A stretch of DNA of 56,043 bases from Patescibacteria group bacterium. Lineage in GTDB: Bacteria > Patescibacteriota > Minisyncoccia > Phycocordibacterales > Phycocordibacteraceae. The DNA lies in assembly GCA_018971045.1 (NCBI GenBank), contig JAGWVF010000008.1, positions 1 through 56,043 of the forward strand, read 5' to 3'. The translations under genes were made by a program, and so were the position numbers. The notes under the pieces were generated by a model that ran no database searches, had not been told where the DNA came from, and saw nothing but the letters and a program-made list of their open reading frames with translations. Positions within the stretch are counted from its first letter, which is position 1. The number at the start of each line of letters is the position of its first letter. Positions 1 through 8,333 of this stretch are shown here, piece by piece.

Positions 1-138
1 TCGCACTGCTCACTGGCGAGGAGATTGCGCGTGCTGAGTATCTGATCAACACCCGGCCACGCAGACGACATGGCGGACTCACTCCTGAGGAGGTATTCTT
101 CAAGGCAACGGGTGTTGCATTATATTCTTGAAACTACA
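1..138 (+). mobile_element. Right end of IS30-family insertion sequence (truncated by window edge)
   Basis: Contains an IS30-type transposase C-terminus. 114-138 GTTGCATTATATTCTTGAAACTACA reads TGTAGTTTCAAG... on the minus strand, resembling IS30-family terminal IRs (TGTAGATTCAA...), and overlaps the stop codon as in IS30. Confidence 0.8.
3..131 (+). CDS. IS30-family transposase, C-terminal fragment (5' partial)
   Basis: Manual translation ALLTGEEIARAEYLINTRPRRRHGGLTPEEVFFKATGVALYS* matches the IS30 C-terminal N-x-RPR...TP-x-E-x-F...VAL motif; absent from the ORF track. Confidence 0.8.
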   Translation, partial: ALLTGEEIARAEYLINTRPRRRHGGLTPEEVFFKATGVALYS

Positions 139-233
139 TCTTGTTATTATTCAGAAATAGCGTAGAATGCATATTTAGAAATGTAGACAGTCATCCCCTT
201 TTCAATGGCTCTTTAACTCAAAGGACGAGTGTC

Positions 234-830
234 ATGAATGCGTTTGAAAAATCGTCTCGCAGTGCGCGAATTACCTTCCTCAACGGCAACCGACTCTATC
301 TACGACCGCTATGTGAATCTGATACGTCATTGTTCGTCCAATGGTTCAATGATCCTGAAGTAACAAGATTCTTCCCTGCTCGGCACCCAATGACCTGGGA
401 GGACGAGGCTCGCTGGGTTCAGGGTTTGGATAACGAGGACGACCAGATAGTACTCACGATTGTATTGAAGGAAAAGGACCGTCCTATCGGGGCATTAGGG
501 ATTCACAGCATAGATCACGTGAGTCATGTCGCCATGACTGGCATTACGATCGGGGAGAAAGATTGCTGGAGTAAGGGATATGCCGTAGAAGCTGAACTGC
601 TTCTTTTGGGGTACGCCTTTGACACCTTGAATCTCCGAAAAATCTATGCGCACGTGCTCTCAACAAATCGTCGTAGCGATCACCTCTTCAGGAGAAGTGG
701 TTACGATCTTGAGGCGACACTTCACAAACGCCACTTCTGTCGAGGTCGTTATGTTGATGAGCTTGTGTTCTCAATTGAAGGCGTCAAGTGGCGAAAGATC
801 TTCGCGAAGTTCAGCAGCAAGGAAACATGA
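234..830 (+). CDS. GNAT N-acetyltransferase, RimJ/RimL family
   Basis: RLYLRPL, WFNDPEV, IGEKDCWSKGYA, FDTLNLRKI motifs; start moved to ATG 234 downstream of AAGGA. Confidence 0.85.
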   Translation: MNAFEKSSRSARITFLNGNRLYLRPLCESDTSLFVQWFNDPEVTRFFPARHPMTWEDEARWVQGLDNEDDQIVLTIVLKEKDRPIGALGIHSIDHVSHVAMTGITIGEKDCWSKGYAVEAELLLLGYAFDTLNLRKIYAHVLSTNRRSDHLFRRSGYDLEATLHKRHFCRGRYVDELVFSIEGVKWRKIFAKFSSKET

Positions 831-841
831 CCGCCCCGTCG

Positions 842-888
842 CAGAAGCCGCCCTAACGGCCTCTCGGCGAGGCGGTCTTCTGTTTTTA
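842..888 (+). terminator. Probable intrinsic terminator
   Basis: CAGAAG-CCGCC...GGCGG-T-CTTCTG imperfect stem followed by TTTTT, just after the GNAT stop. Confidence 0.5.
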
Positions 889-1093
889 TACAGATGCCTT
901 TGCTTCTCGAGCGGTTCTGTTTTTATACAAGGGTTCGAACGTTTTCCATCCATCGGAGCCGAGTGAGTAAACAGAAAGAGCTTGTTTCGGGCTCTTTTTG
1001 TTTCGAACGAGGCGACAGCGGGTATGCCGCCATACCCGCGGAGCCAGTTAGGACTATCAGCTCATTCAAGAGGACTGGCGGCATTTCTCTAAC

Positions 1094-1537
1094 TTACTTA
1101 CTCAAATTAAGTCGCTTTACCGGTTTCATCACTGCTCGAGGGTCGCGCTTCCATTCATCGGATACATCAGCATAAAGCTCAAGCTCGTTGCCGTCTGGAT
1201 CGAGGGTGTAAATACTGTGCGTGACAGTGTGATCACCCGTACCGATAATCTGGACCCCTTTTTCTATCAGTTCCTGATATACTTGTTTTGCGTCATCAGC
1301 TGAATCTCCGATTTTAAACCCGATGTGGTAGAGGCCCGGAACAGGATGCTCTTTTCTACTTGGGGTCCCGCCGATTTCAATGAGCAATAATTCGTGGTGC
1401 GTTCTTCCTGACGAAAATAAAGCCGTCACATGGTCTCGGTGGATTTCATGAAAACCGAGCGTGTCGCGGTAGAAGTCGGCCAAACGCTTTAAATTGGAAA
1501 CATAGAGCACTACATGACCAAGTTCCTTAATTTGCAT
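1094..1537 (-). CDS. VOC/glyoxalase family protein (catechol dioxygenase-like)
   Basis: LGHVVLYV...FYRDTLGF, GLYHIGF, SIYTLDPDGNELELY metal-binding VOC motifs. Confidence 0.9.
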   Translation of the reverse strand: MQIKELGHVVLYVSNLKRLADFYRDTLGFHEIHRDHVTALFSSGRTHHELLLIEIGGTPSRKEHPVPGLYHIGFKIGDSADDAKQVYQELIEKGVQIIGTGDHTVTHSIYTLDPDGNELELYADVSDEWKRDPRAVMKPVKRLNLSK

Positions 1538-1683
1538 AGGGAATTTAGTATACCCTCTTTTTTTGGTTAGGGAGTCCTTTGTCAGAAAAAGGGCTCAACT
1601 CGTAATTGATTTAGCTTTGGCATCCTCATGTGATACACTATTTTGCGTTCTGCATTTCCAGAACCTGGTACATATTCTTCACG

Positions 1684-2079
1684 ATGAAGGAGACAGTTGT
1701 GAGAACTGTTGTTATTCGATTGGCGAGCTCGGTCATTTTCGGCCTGATACTGCTCGCGCTGAGCCGCCCCGAGAATGCGGAGGAGGCGTCCATGATAACG
1801 ATTTCGATCGCTCTTTTCAGCTTTATGATAGAGAAGATATTCTGGCTGGTCGTCTCCGGCATGAGGCTCGTCCGGTGGCGTCGCATGAGCGTTATTCTCT
1901 GCTTCGGAAGCGCAGTCGGCGGAATGGGCGCCGCGATCGGGCGGATGATAACGGCGCGATGGAACGCCGATACGCTTTTCCTCAATAATCAGCTCGTCGC
2001 CTCGTACGCGGTCTTCGCCGGTATGATCATCGCCATAGCGTGCGCGTATTACGATCTGCGCGATCGCCGCCTGCTCTGA
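1684..2079 (+). CDS. Hypothetical 4-TM membrane protein
   Basis: Four hydrophobic segments; ATG 1684 chosen; followed by a terminator. Confidence 0.6.
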   Translation: MKETVVRTVVIRLASSVIFGLILLALSRPENAEEASMITISIALFSFMIEKIFWLVVSGMRLVRWRRMSVILCFGSAVGGMGAAIGRMITARWNADTLFLNNQLVASYAVFAGMIIAIACAYYDLRDRRLL

Positions 2080-2090
2080 CGCGACTCTTC

Positions 2091-2127
2091 AATCGCCGCC
2101 TTCGGTATCCGTCGGCGGCGATTTTTT
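2091..2127 (+). terminator. Intrinsic terminator between convergent genes
   Basis: AATCGCCGCC...GGCGGCGATT stem plus T-run. Confidence 0.7.
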
Positions 2128-2140
2128 ATATCCGCCCCGT

Positions 2141-2722
2141 CTACGCGAGGCCGCCCAAAATAAGATACGAGAAAGCGATCGAAACCGCCGCGAGAAACGA
2201 GCCCGCGATAAGGTCGCTGATATGGTGCTGCTTCACGAAGAGCGTCGAGCCGACAATGGTCGCCCCGCAACTCCAGATAAGCACGTTATGGAGCGGAAAG
2301 GCGAAGGTGAGGTAGTAACTGCAGAGAATCGCCGTATACGCGTGCGAGCTCGGCGTCGAGTTCCCTCCCGGATCGACGCGGTACATCCAGGCGATCGTTC
2401 GAGTCAGAAGTCCGTTCGGCGCGAACTCCGGACGATCGTCGATCTTGCTTGGCATAAAATACCAGATTAATGTCGCGACAAGCGAGCTGAAAATGAGACT
2501 CACGTACAGGCGCGCGGCGACGGGGGTGAAAAAGAGGAGCACCAACATCGAGAACGCCACATAGGGAAAGAGTCCGAGATACGGCACGATGAACGCCGGG
2601 ACGAACGGAATATACCGCGTGTACCGGCTCTGCCGGATCGGTCCGTCGGAGGAATTGACCAGAAAAAAGAGGTAGAGACTCACGATCGCAAGCATTGCGA
2701 GAGCCAGAATCTGTACGATCAT
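2141..2722 (-). CDS. PAP2-superfamily membrane phosphatase/phosphotransferase
   Basis: PSSH and STLFVKQHHISD motifs, multiple TM helices; the true start is likely ATG 2722 because the upstream part of the ORF is antisense to the next gene. Confidence 0.75.
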   Translation of the reverse strand: MIVQILALAMLAIVSLYLFFLVNSSDGPIRQSRYTRYIPFVPAFIVPYLGLFPYVAFSMLVLLFFTPVAARLYVSLIFSSLVATLIWYFMPSKIDDRPEFAPNGLLTRTIAWMYRVDPGGNSTPSSHAYTAILCSYYLTFAFPLHNVLIWSCGATIVGSTLFVKQHHISDLIAGSFLAAVSIAFSYLILGGLA

Positions 2723-2824
2723 AGTATGATTTTCAGTATACCATTTTATGGGACGGTGCTCGAGTCTCGACGGCGGGTCGTGTATATAAAGAATAAAGAG
2801 GAAAGTTCGTGATACGATGAACGC

Positions 2825-3301
2825 ATGATTACGAAACAACAGGCGGCCGTCGAAGCGATGAAATTTCTTAAGAGTCATACCGTGGGGACGCTCGCGACCA
2901 GCACTATCGGCGGTCAGCCGTCCGTGTCTCCGATCTACTACGGCATTTACGACGATTTCTCGATCTATTTTGTCACCAGTAAAAACACCCAGAAATACAA
3001 AAATATTATTTCGAATGGGCGGGTTGCATTTTCCGTCGGAGCGGGGCCGCGGTACCGCGTCGTCTCGATCCACGGTACTGCTCATCTGGTTGGCCACGAG
3101 CATCGCGACGAAGCGATCCGCTATATCGAGGCGAATGTGGGTACGCCGATAGCGGAGTGGCCGATCAGCACCATAAAGTCATTCGGGGACGGCGAGTTGC
3201 AGCTCTTGAAGATAAGCCCGACGCACGTTTCCTATCTCGACCTGTCTTCGCAGGATCAGCAGGAGGCCGTCGCGAAATTCGTATACGAGATATTGCCGTA
3301 A
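2825..3301 (+). CDS. Pyridoxamine 5'-phosphate oxidase-like FMN-binding split-barrel protein
   Basis: GTLAT...P...IYFVTSKNTQKYKNI..NGRVAF pattern. Confidence 0.8.
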   Translation: MITKQQAAVEAMKFLKSHTVGTLATSTIGGQPSVSPIYYGIYDDFSIYFVTSKNTQKYKNIISNGRVAFSVGAGPRYRVVSIHGTAHLVGHEHRDEAIRYIEANVGTPIAEWPISTIKSFGDGELQLLKISPTHVSYLDLSSQDQQEAVAKFVYEILP

Positions 3302-3320
3302 GTGAATCGACGAACAAACT

Positions 3321-4541
3321 ATGCAATTCATTCCAACACGCTTCTTTGCCGCCGTATCGATACTCATTCTCGCGCTTGCCGCGGGCGGAACGGCCGCGCG
3401 AGCCGATGGAGAATCGATTCAGATCGTTAACCTCACGCCAACGGGCGCGATAAGTCCGGGCACCGCGATTAGCTTCACGGCCGCAGCATCAGGCTTCACC
3501 GACCCGACTTACAGCCTTACAGACGCATTTAGCGGCTCCGGAGGAACGGCCGGGGGACTCGACAGATTCGGAAACTTTACTTGGACGCCAGGCGTTTATG
3601 ATGCCGGACGCCACGCGTTCACGGTCTCCGCGAACGATCGTCTAGGCCACTCGGCCACCACGACGCTGGCCATCCTCGTTACAGGTAATTCGATTATTCC
3701 ATCCGCCTTTTCTCCGGGGCCGATTATCGCCGTCGGAAGAACGATAACCTTCTCCCTCACGGCGCCAGGATTCATCTCGCCAAACTACTATGTCTATGAC
3801 ACCGCGTACGCCTCGACGCTTGACAGTCGTAGCGTCACCTCTTCGACGGGCGCATTTTCATGGGCTCCGACTACTGACGATATCGGAACCCACACCTTTA
3901 CCATCGCCGCTTCCGACATCTACGGACATTCCGCGCAAATCGTAGAGAAACTATCGGTAGTGAATCCGGTTATGAGCATTCAGTCGCTACGGCCGGGAAC
4001 GGCGGCAAATGTCGGTTCGACCGTGTCATTTGTCACGAGCACGCCTCTGTCCGCTACGACAACATATGCGGTAGCAGACTCGTTTACCGGCACGAGCACC
4101 ATCACGGCGTCCTCGCTCTCGAATACGGGCATATTCAGCTGGACGCCAGCCGAGAGCGATATTGGAATGCATCATATCACCGTAACGGCGACTGACGCTT
4201 ACGGCAATACGGCCTCGACGACGCAGACGTTGTGGATCTCGGGCGCTCCTGACGCGGCGCAAGGCTCTCCTATCGTGAGCACTCCCAGCCAGAGCATGAC
4301 AAGAGCGCCTGCCGCGCCGGCAACGGCATACGTCTTCACGAAATACCTCGCGATCGGTTCGCGTGGCACAGTCGTCTCCGAGCTTCAGAAGCGGCTCACG
4401 GTGCTCGGATTCTACAGCGGTCCCGTGACGGGATACTTCGGCCGGCTTACTGCCGCGGGCGTGAAGAAATTCCAAGCCGCAGAAGGGATTGCGGGAACCG
4501 GCAACGTCGGCCCCCTAACTCGCGCCGCCTTAAACAGATGA
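3321..4541 (+). CDS. Secreted protein with three Ig-like repeats and a C-terminal peptidoglycan-binding domain
   Basis: Signal peptide; three repeats with G-x-F-[ST]-W-[TA]-P...D-x-G-x-H; C-terminal GSRGTVVSELQKRL...GYFGRLTAAGVKKFQ...GNVGPLTRAAL (PG_binding_1-like). Confidence 0.85.
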   Translation: MQFIPTRFFAAVSILILALAAGGTAARADGESIQIVNLTPTGAISPGTAISFTAAASGFTDPTYSLTDAFSGSGGTAGGLDRFGNFTWTPGVYDAGRHAFTVSANDRLGHSATTTLAILVTGNSIIPSAFSPGPIIAVGRTITFSLTAPGFISPNYYVYDTAYASTLDSRSVTSSTGAFSWAPTTDDIGTHTFTIAASDIYGHSAQIVEKLSVVNPVMSIQSLRPGTAANVGSTVSFVTSTPLSATTTYAVADSFTGTSTITASSLSNTGIFSWTPAESDIGMHHITVTATDAYGNTASTTQTLWISGAPDAAQGSPIVSTPSQSMTRAPAAPATAYVFTKYLAIGSRGTVVSELQKRLTVLGFYSGPVTGYFGRLTAAGVKKFQAAEGIAGTGNVGPLTRAALNR

Positions 4542-4943
4542 TCAGACGACCGTCTGGGTGCAATAGGCGCAACGCGTCGCAATGATGGGAATTTCGCTTT
4601 GACATTCCGGACACTTCTTCGTCGTCGGATCAGCCGGCGGTTCTTTGCGCGAGCGCATAATGAGGATATTCATAGGTTTAATGACGAAGAAGAATACGGC
4701 GCTTGCCACGAGGAGAAACGAAATGAATGCATTCAGAAATTCTCCGTAGAGAATCTTGCTTCCGTTCATCGAGAGAGCGAGTCCGGAGAAGTCGGGCGCT
4801 TGTACGATCGCGGAGATGAGCGGCGTCAAGAGGTCTTTGACGAGAGCGTTGACGACCGTCCCGAAGGCGGCGCCGACCACCACGCCGACCGCGAGATCGA
4901 CGACGTTCCCGCGAAGCAGAAATTGACGAAATTCTTGAAACAT
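4542..4943 (-). CDS. mscL: Large-conductance mechanosensitive channel with C-terminal Cys4 zinc-ribbon
   Basis: MFQEFRQFLLRGNVVDLAVGVVVGAAF signature; tail CPEC...CAYC; start ATG 4943. Confidence 0.93.
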   Translation of the reverse strand: MFQEFRQFLLRGNVVDLAVGVVVGAAFGTVVNALVKDLLTPLISAIVQAPDFSGLALSMNGSKILYGEFLNAFISFLLVASAVFFFVIKPMNILIMRSRKEPPADPTTKKCPECQSEIPIIATRCAYCTQTVV

Positions 4944-5108
4944 AGATAGATGGAAAGATAGATGGCGCCTAATGCTTGTAAGGGAATACCCTACTATATA
5001 GAGTACCATGAAAGATATTCTGGAAAGACGGTGTATAGTGGATGAGCGTAGTATCAGCTCCTGTGCTCGATAACGCCCTTTATTAACGATGATTATCGTA
5101 TCAAACGT

Positions 5109-5636
5109 ATGAAGAAAAACCTTATCCAAATCATAGCTCTGAGCGCCGGAGTGCTTGCGTTCGCGATGCCCGCATTCGCCGAAACGAATACGGGAACGAC
5201 AACCTCAGCGAACGCGGCTCCCGCGACTAACAAGTCCGCCTGCGTTCAGGCCGCAGTCGCCGCCCGCACCTCCGCAATCAATTCGGCAAAGAAGACGCGG
5301 GTCGCCGCAATAGACGCGACCAAGACTGCGCGCGACAACGCTTTCGCGAATGCCAAGCAGGTCCGCGATGCCGCTGTCGCCTCGGCGAAGACCGTGCGCG
5401 AGGCCGCCGTCACTGCGGCAAAGGCCCTGACCGACGTTGCCGCCAAGAAGACGGCGCTTGCCGCCGCCGCGAGCGCGTATAGAACTTCCGTACGAGCGGC
5501 AGAGAGCACCTACCGATCGAGCATTTCATCAGCTCGAACGACTTATCGAACAGACAGGAAGTCTGCCCAGGAAGCGTACTCGACAGCCGTAAAGTCTGCT
5601 CAGTCCGCATTCAGGACGGCGAGAGCGGCGTGCTAA
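5109..5636 (+). CDS. Secreted Ala-rich helical repeat protein
   Basis: Signal peptide MKKNL...AFA; 11-residue repeats; two Cys. Confidence 0.8.
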   Translation: MKKNLIQIIALSAGVLAFAMPAFAETNTGTTTSANAAPATNKSACVQAAVAARTSAINSAKKTRVAAIDATKTARDNAFANAKQVRDAAVASAKTVREAAVTAAKALTDVAAKKTALAAAASAYRTSVRAAESTYRSSISSARTTYRTDRKSAQEAYSTAVKSAQSAFRTARAAC

Positions 5637-5658
5637 GCGCGCATTCGATCACTCTCTA

Positions 5659-5690
5659 ACAGAAGGCCTCGCGCTCGCGAGGCCTTCTGT
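5659..5690. terminator. Hairpin terminator between convergent genes
   Basis: ACAGAAGGCCTCGCG-CT-CGCGAGGCCTTCTGT perfect inverted repeat. Confidence 0.7.
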
Positions 5691-5711
5691 GTTTACGCCA
5701 CGTCGCGCTGA

Positions 5712-6041
5712 TTACCTCTTCGCGGGAGTTGCCGAAGCCGCCGGCGCCGCCGTCGTCGAGTTCGCATCTAGCCCGCCCATCATGCCGTAACCGTCCGTAG
5801 AGAAGATTTGATCTTGACCGCCCCAACCGCCCATCATGCCGTAACCATACGGCAAGAAATCGCGGTGAAGGAGCGCTTTCAGCTCGCCAAACTGAACGCC
5901 GCACCAGAAAATGAAAACGGCGATACAGATCTTGATAATGATATGCGCTACGTGGCGGCCGGACCTGCCGCAACACCCTTCAGAACCTCTACAACACTCG
6001 CACCCGCACTTGTTTCGCATTCCCTGAGCATCAGTATCCAT
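5712..6041 (-). CDS. Small single-TM protein with Cys-rich N-terminus and YGMMGG repeats
   Basis: One TM segment; two GYGMMGG motifs. Confidence 0.65.
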   Translation of the reverse strand: MDTDAQGMRNKCGCECCRGSEGCCGRSGRHVAHIIIKICIAVFIFWCGVQFGELKALLHRDFLPYGYGMMGGWGGQDQIFSTDGYGMMGGLDANSTTAAPAASATPAKR

Positions 6042-6143
6042 AGACGGAAATATTATATTATTAAATTCATCTATCCGTAAGCGAAGTATAGCATCCGTAG
6101 CATACAGACAATAGCGCGTATTCCGGGTATACTTTTTGGCATC

Positions 6144-7034
6144 ATGCCCGAAAAAATATGGGCCGCGAGGCGGGATATTTCACAGTACATGCCGATCCCT
6201 ATCGTGCTCGTTAATCTCGCGCTTGCGCTTACCGTAGGCATCCTGCTCCTCATCCGCACGCCCGCAGTCTCGGCGGAGCCGCCGCACCGCATAAACCCCA
6301 TGCGCTTCGCCGAGATTTCGACTACGTCTGAATCCGCGAGCATTCCCGCCGCTTCGTCAACCGATTCAATCAACGTTCCCATTTTGGTCTTCCACGTCGT
6401 CCGTCCGGCATATGAGAGCGACAGTCCGGCGGTGCGCGCGATCGCGCAGACGCCGGAAGTGTTCGACGCGGAGCTCGAGTACATTCAAAACGCCGGCTAT
6501 CATGTTATTTCGTTCAGCGAACTTGAAGCCTACTTCCGGGACGCGGCGCCGCTGCCGCCGAAGCCGATGATTATTTCCTTTGATGACGGGTGGCGAAATC
6601 AATTCGTCTACGCCTTCCCGATTTTGCAAAAGCACGGAATGATCGCGACCTTTTTTGTCTTCACCAACGCTATCGGCAAGCGCGGCTTCCTTTCCTGGGA
6701 TAATTTGCAGACGCTACGCGACGCGGGAATGACGATCGGCAGCCATTCGCTCTCGCATCCGTACCTTACCAAAATACGTAACATTGGGGAGCTCACCAAT
6801 GAGATCGTTGGCAGTAAATTGCTTCTTGAGGCGAAACTGGGAGTCGCGATCAATGAGTTCGCCTACCCCTTCGGCCAATACAACGACGCGATCGTCGCGA
6901 TCGTGCGGAAGGCGGGCTATAAATCCGCTCGCGGCGATCTCTACAGCGTCGGCCAATCAAAAGATCGGATCTACACCCTTGCGGCGATCAATACTCCGAC
7001 AACCGTCGCCGCGCTCGCCAAAAAATTCCCGTAA
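6144..7034 (+). CDS. Polysaccharide deacetylase (CE4/NodB family, IcaB-like)
   Basis: PILVFH, ISFDDGW, IGSHSLSHP, FAYPFG motifs; N-terminal TM. Confidence 0.9.
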   Translation: MPEKIWAARRDISQYMPIPIVLVNLALALTVGILLLIRTPAVSAEPPHRINPMRFAEISTTSESASIPAASSTDSINVPILVFHVVRPAYESDSPAVRAIAQTPEVFDAELEYIQNAGYHVISFSELEAYFRDAAPLPPKPMIISFDDGWRNQFVYAFPILQKHGMIATFFVFTNAIGKRGFLSWDNLQTLRDAGMTIGSHSLSHPYLTKIRNIGELTNEIVGSKLLLEAKLGVAINEFAYPFGQYNDAIVAIVRKAGYKSARGDLYSVGQSKDRIYTLAAINTPTTVAALAKKFP

Positions 7035-7065
7035 TTAGCGATGGGAAAACGCCGGTCCGCCGCGC

Positions 7066-7476
7066 TTATGCCGCGGGCGCCTTGTGCGCTCCGCAACGGC
7101 AGCCTTTCGGCTTGATGTGTTCGTCGAAATATTCTTCGCCGTAATCGTAACTAAGCTCCTCGCCTGCCGTGATGTTCTTGATCGCGTCGATATAAACTTT
7201 CCCCCGCTCGATTTCCGGTTCGCAATTGGGCTTGCAGGAATGATTGATGTAACGGGCGATGTTCGCGCGGGCAGAACCGTCAATCGTCTTGCGCTTGTTC
7301 ACCTCAAAGAGATACTTGCTGCGGCTCGTGTACTCCTCATCAGTCGTGAGGGTACGGCCGAAGTATTCGATGATGCGCTCCCCCTTTTTATACGGCCGCG
7401 CCGCGAAGAGTCCGAGACCGGCGCTCGAGCGCCCTACCCGGACCCCTTCCGGAATAACGTGTTTTTTCTTTTCCAT
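7066..7476 (-). CDS. SET-domain lysine methyltransferase
   Basis: GLGLFA, ARYINHSCKPNC, GEELSYDYG, post-SET CRCG; start ATG 7476. Confidence 0.92.
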   Translation of the reverse strand: MEKKKHVIPEGVRVGRSSAGLGLFAARPYKKGERIIEYFGRTLTTDEEYTSRSKYLFEVNKRKTIDGSARANIARYINHSCKPNCEPEIERGKVYIDAIKNITAGEELSYDYGEEYFDEHIKPKGCRCGAHKAPAA

Positions 7477-7499
7477 AGGCGAGTATACTGTTGTATACC

Positions 7500-8216
7500 A
7501 TGCTGGATACGTTTGTACCAAATGAGGGGAAAACTCTTGAGGCGATCGCCGGGGGGAAACGCTATCTGCGGCTCCCTATCAAGACGCGGATCGTGAAGCC
7601 TCATGACGATCTCATGCGGCTTCTCGAGGAATACGTACAGCCGCGTATAGAGCCGGGCGATATCTTCTTTGTGAGCGAAAAGATCGTATGCATTTGTCAG
7701 GGACGCGTCATCCGCCGCGACGCGGTCGTGACCTCATGGCTGGCCCGCTTTCTCGCAAGCAAGGTGCGCAATTACGAGGGGACGCCGGAGTTCCGAGGAC
7801 TCGGACACGGCACCGCTCCCGCGATGCAGCTCGTCATCGACGAGGCCGGTTATCCGCGTGTTCTGTTCGCGGCGGCTGTCTCCGCGCTTACCCGCGCGTG
7901 GCTTCCCGGAGCTTTTTATTTTCTCATCGGCAAGCAGGCCAAATCGGTCGACTGTCCGATGTCCTGGACGATCAAGCCCTTTGACGAGTACGCCAAGCGC
8001 GCCCCGCAGGAGCCGGAGAAAGTCGCACGGGAAATCAAAGAAAAATTAGGCATCGAGGCCGTCGTTGTCGACGCCAATTACCGAGGAGCTTTCTCGCTCG
8101 GAAAATCGACTCCCGCCATTACCGAAACATTCATCCGCGAGCTTTTGCGCGATAATCCTGCCGGCCAAGACTCAGAAATGACGCCGTTCTTTCTGATTCG
8201 CAAAGCGCGGGATTGA
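7500..8216 (+). CDS. Coenzyme F420:gamma-glutamyl ligase (CofE)-like protein
   Basis: LPIKTRIV...GDIFFVSEKIV..CQGR and NPAGQDSEMTP motifs of the F420_ligase fold; substrate unknown. Confidence 0.7.
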   Translation: MLDTFVPNEGKTLEAIAGGKRYLRLPIKTRIVKPHDDLMRLLEEYVQPRIEPGDIFFVSEKIVCICQGRVIRRDAVVTSWLARFLASKVRNYEGTPEFRGLGHGTAPAMQLVIDEAGYPRVLFAAAVSALTRAWLPGAFYFLIGKQAKSVDCPMSWTIKPFDEYAKRAPQEPEKVAREIKEKLGIEAVVVDANYRGAFSLGKSTPAITETFIRELLRDNPAGQDSEMTPFFLIRKARD

Positions 8217-8300
8217 CAATTAATTCGTCTCTGCTAGCCTGTCTGTAGGTTTCGTGGTCGTCTCGGGTCTCCTCCAGCGCGTTAATGTTACGTGCTTTGA

Positions 8301-8333
8301 AGGCCGATGTCTCTGACGTCGGCCTCTTTTTTT
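8301..8333 (+). terminator. Intrinsic terminator
   Basis: AGGCCGATGTC-TCT-GACGTCGGCCT followed by C and T7. Confidence 0.75.
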
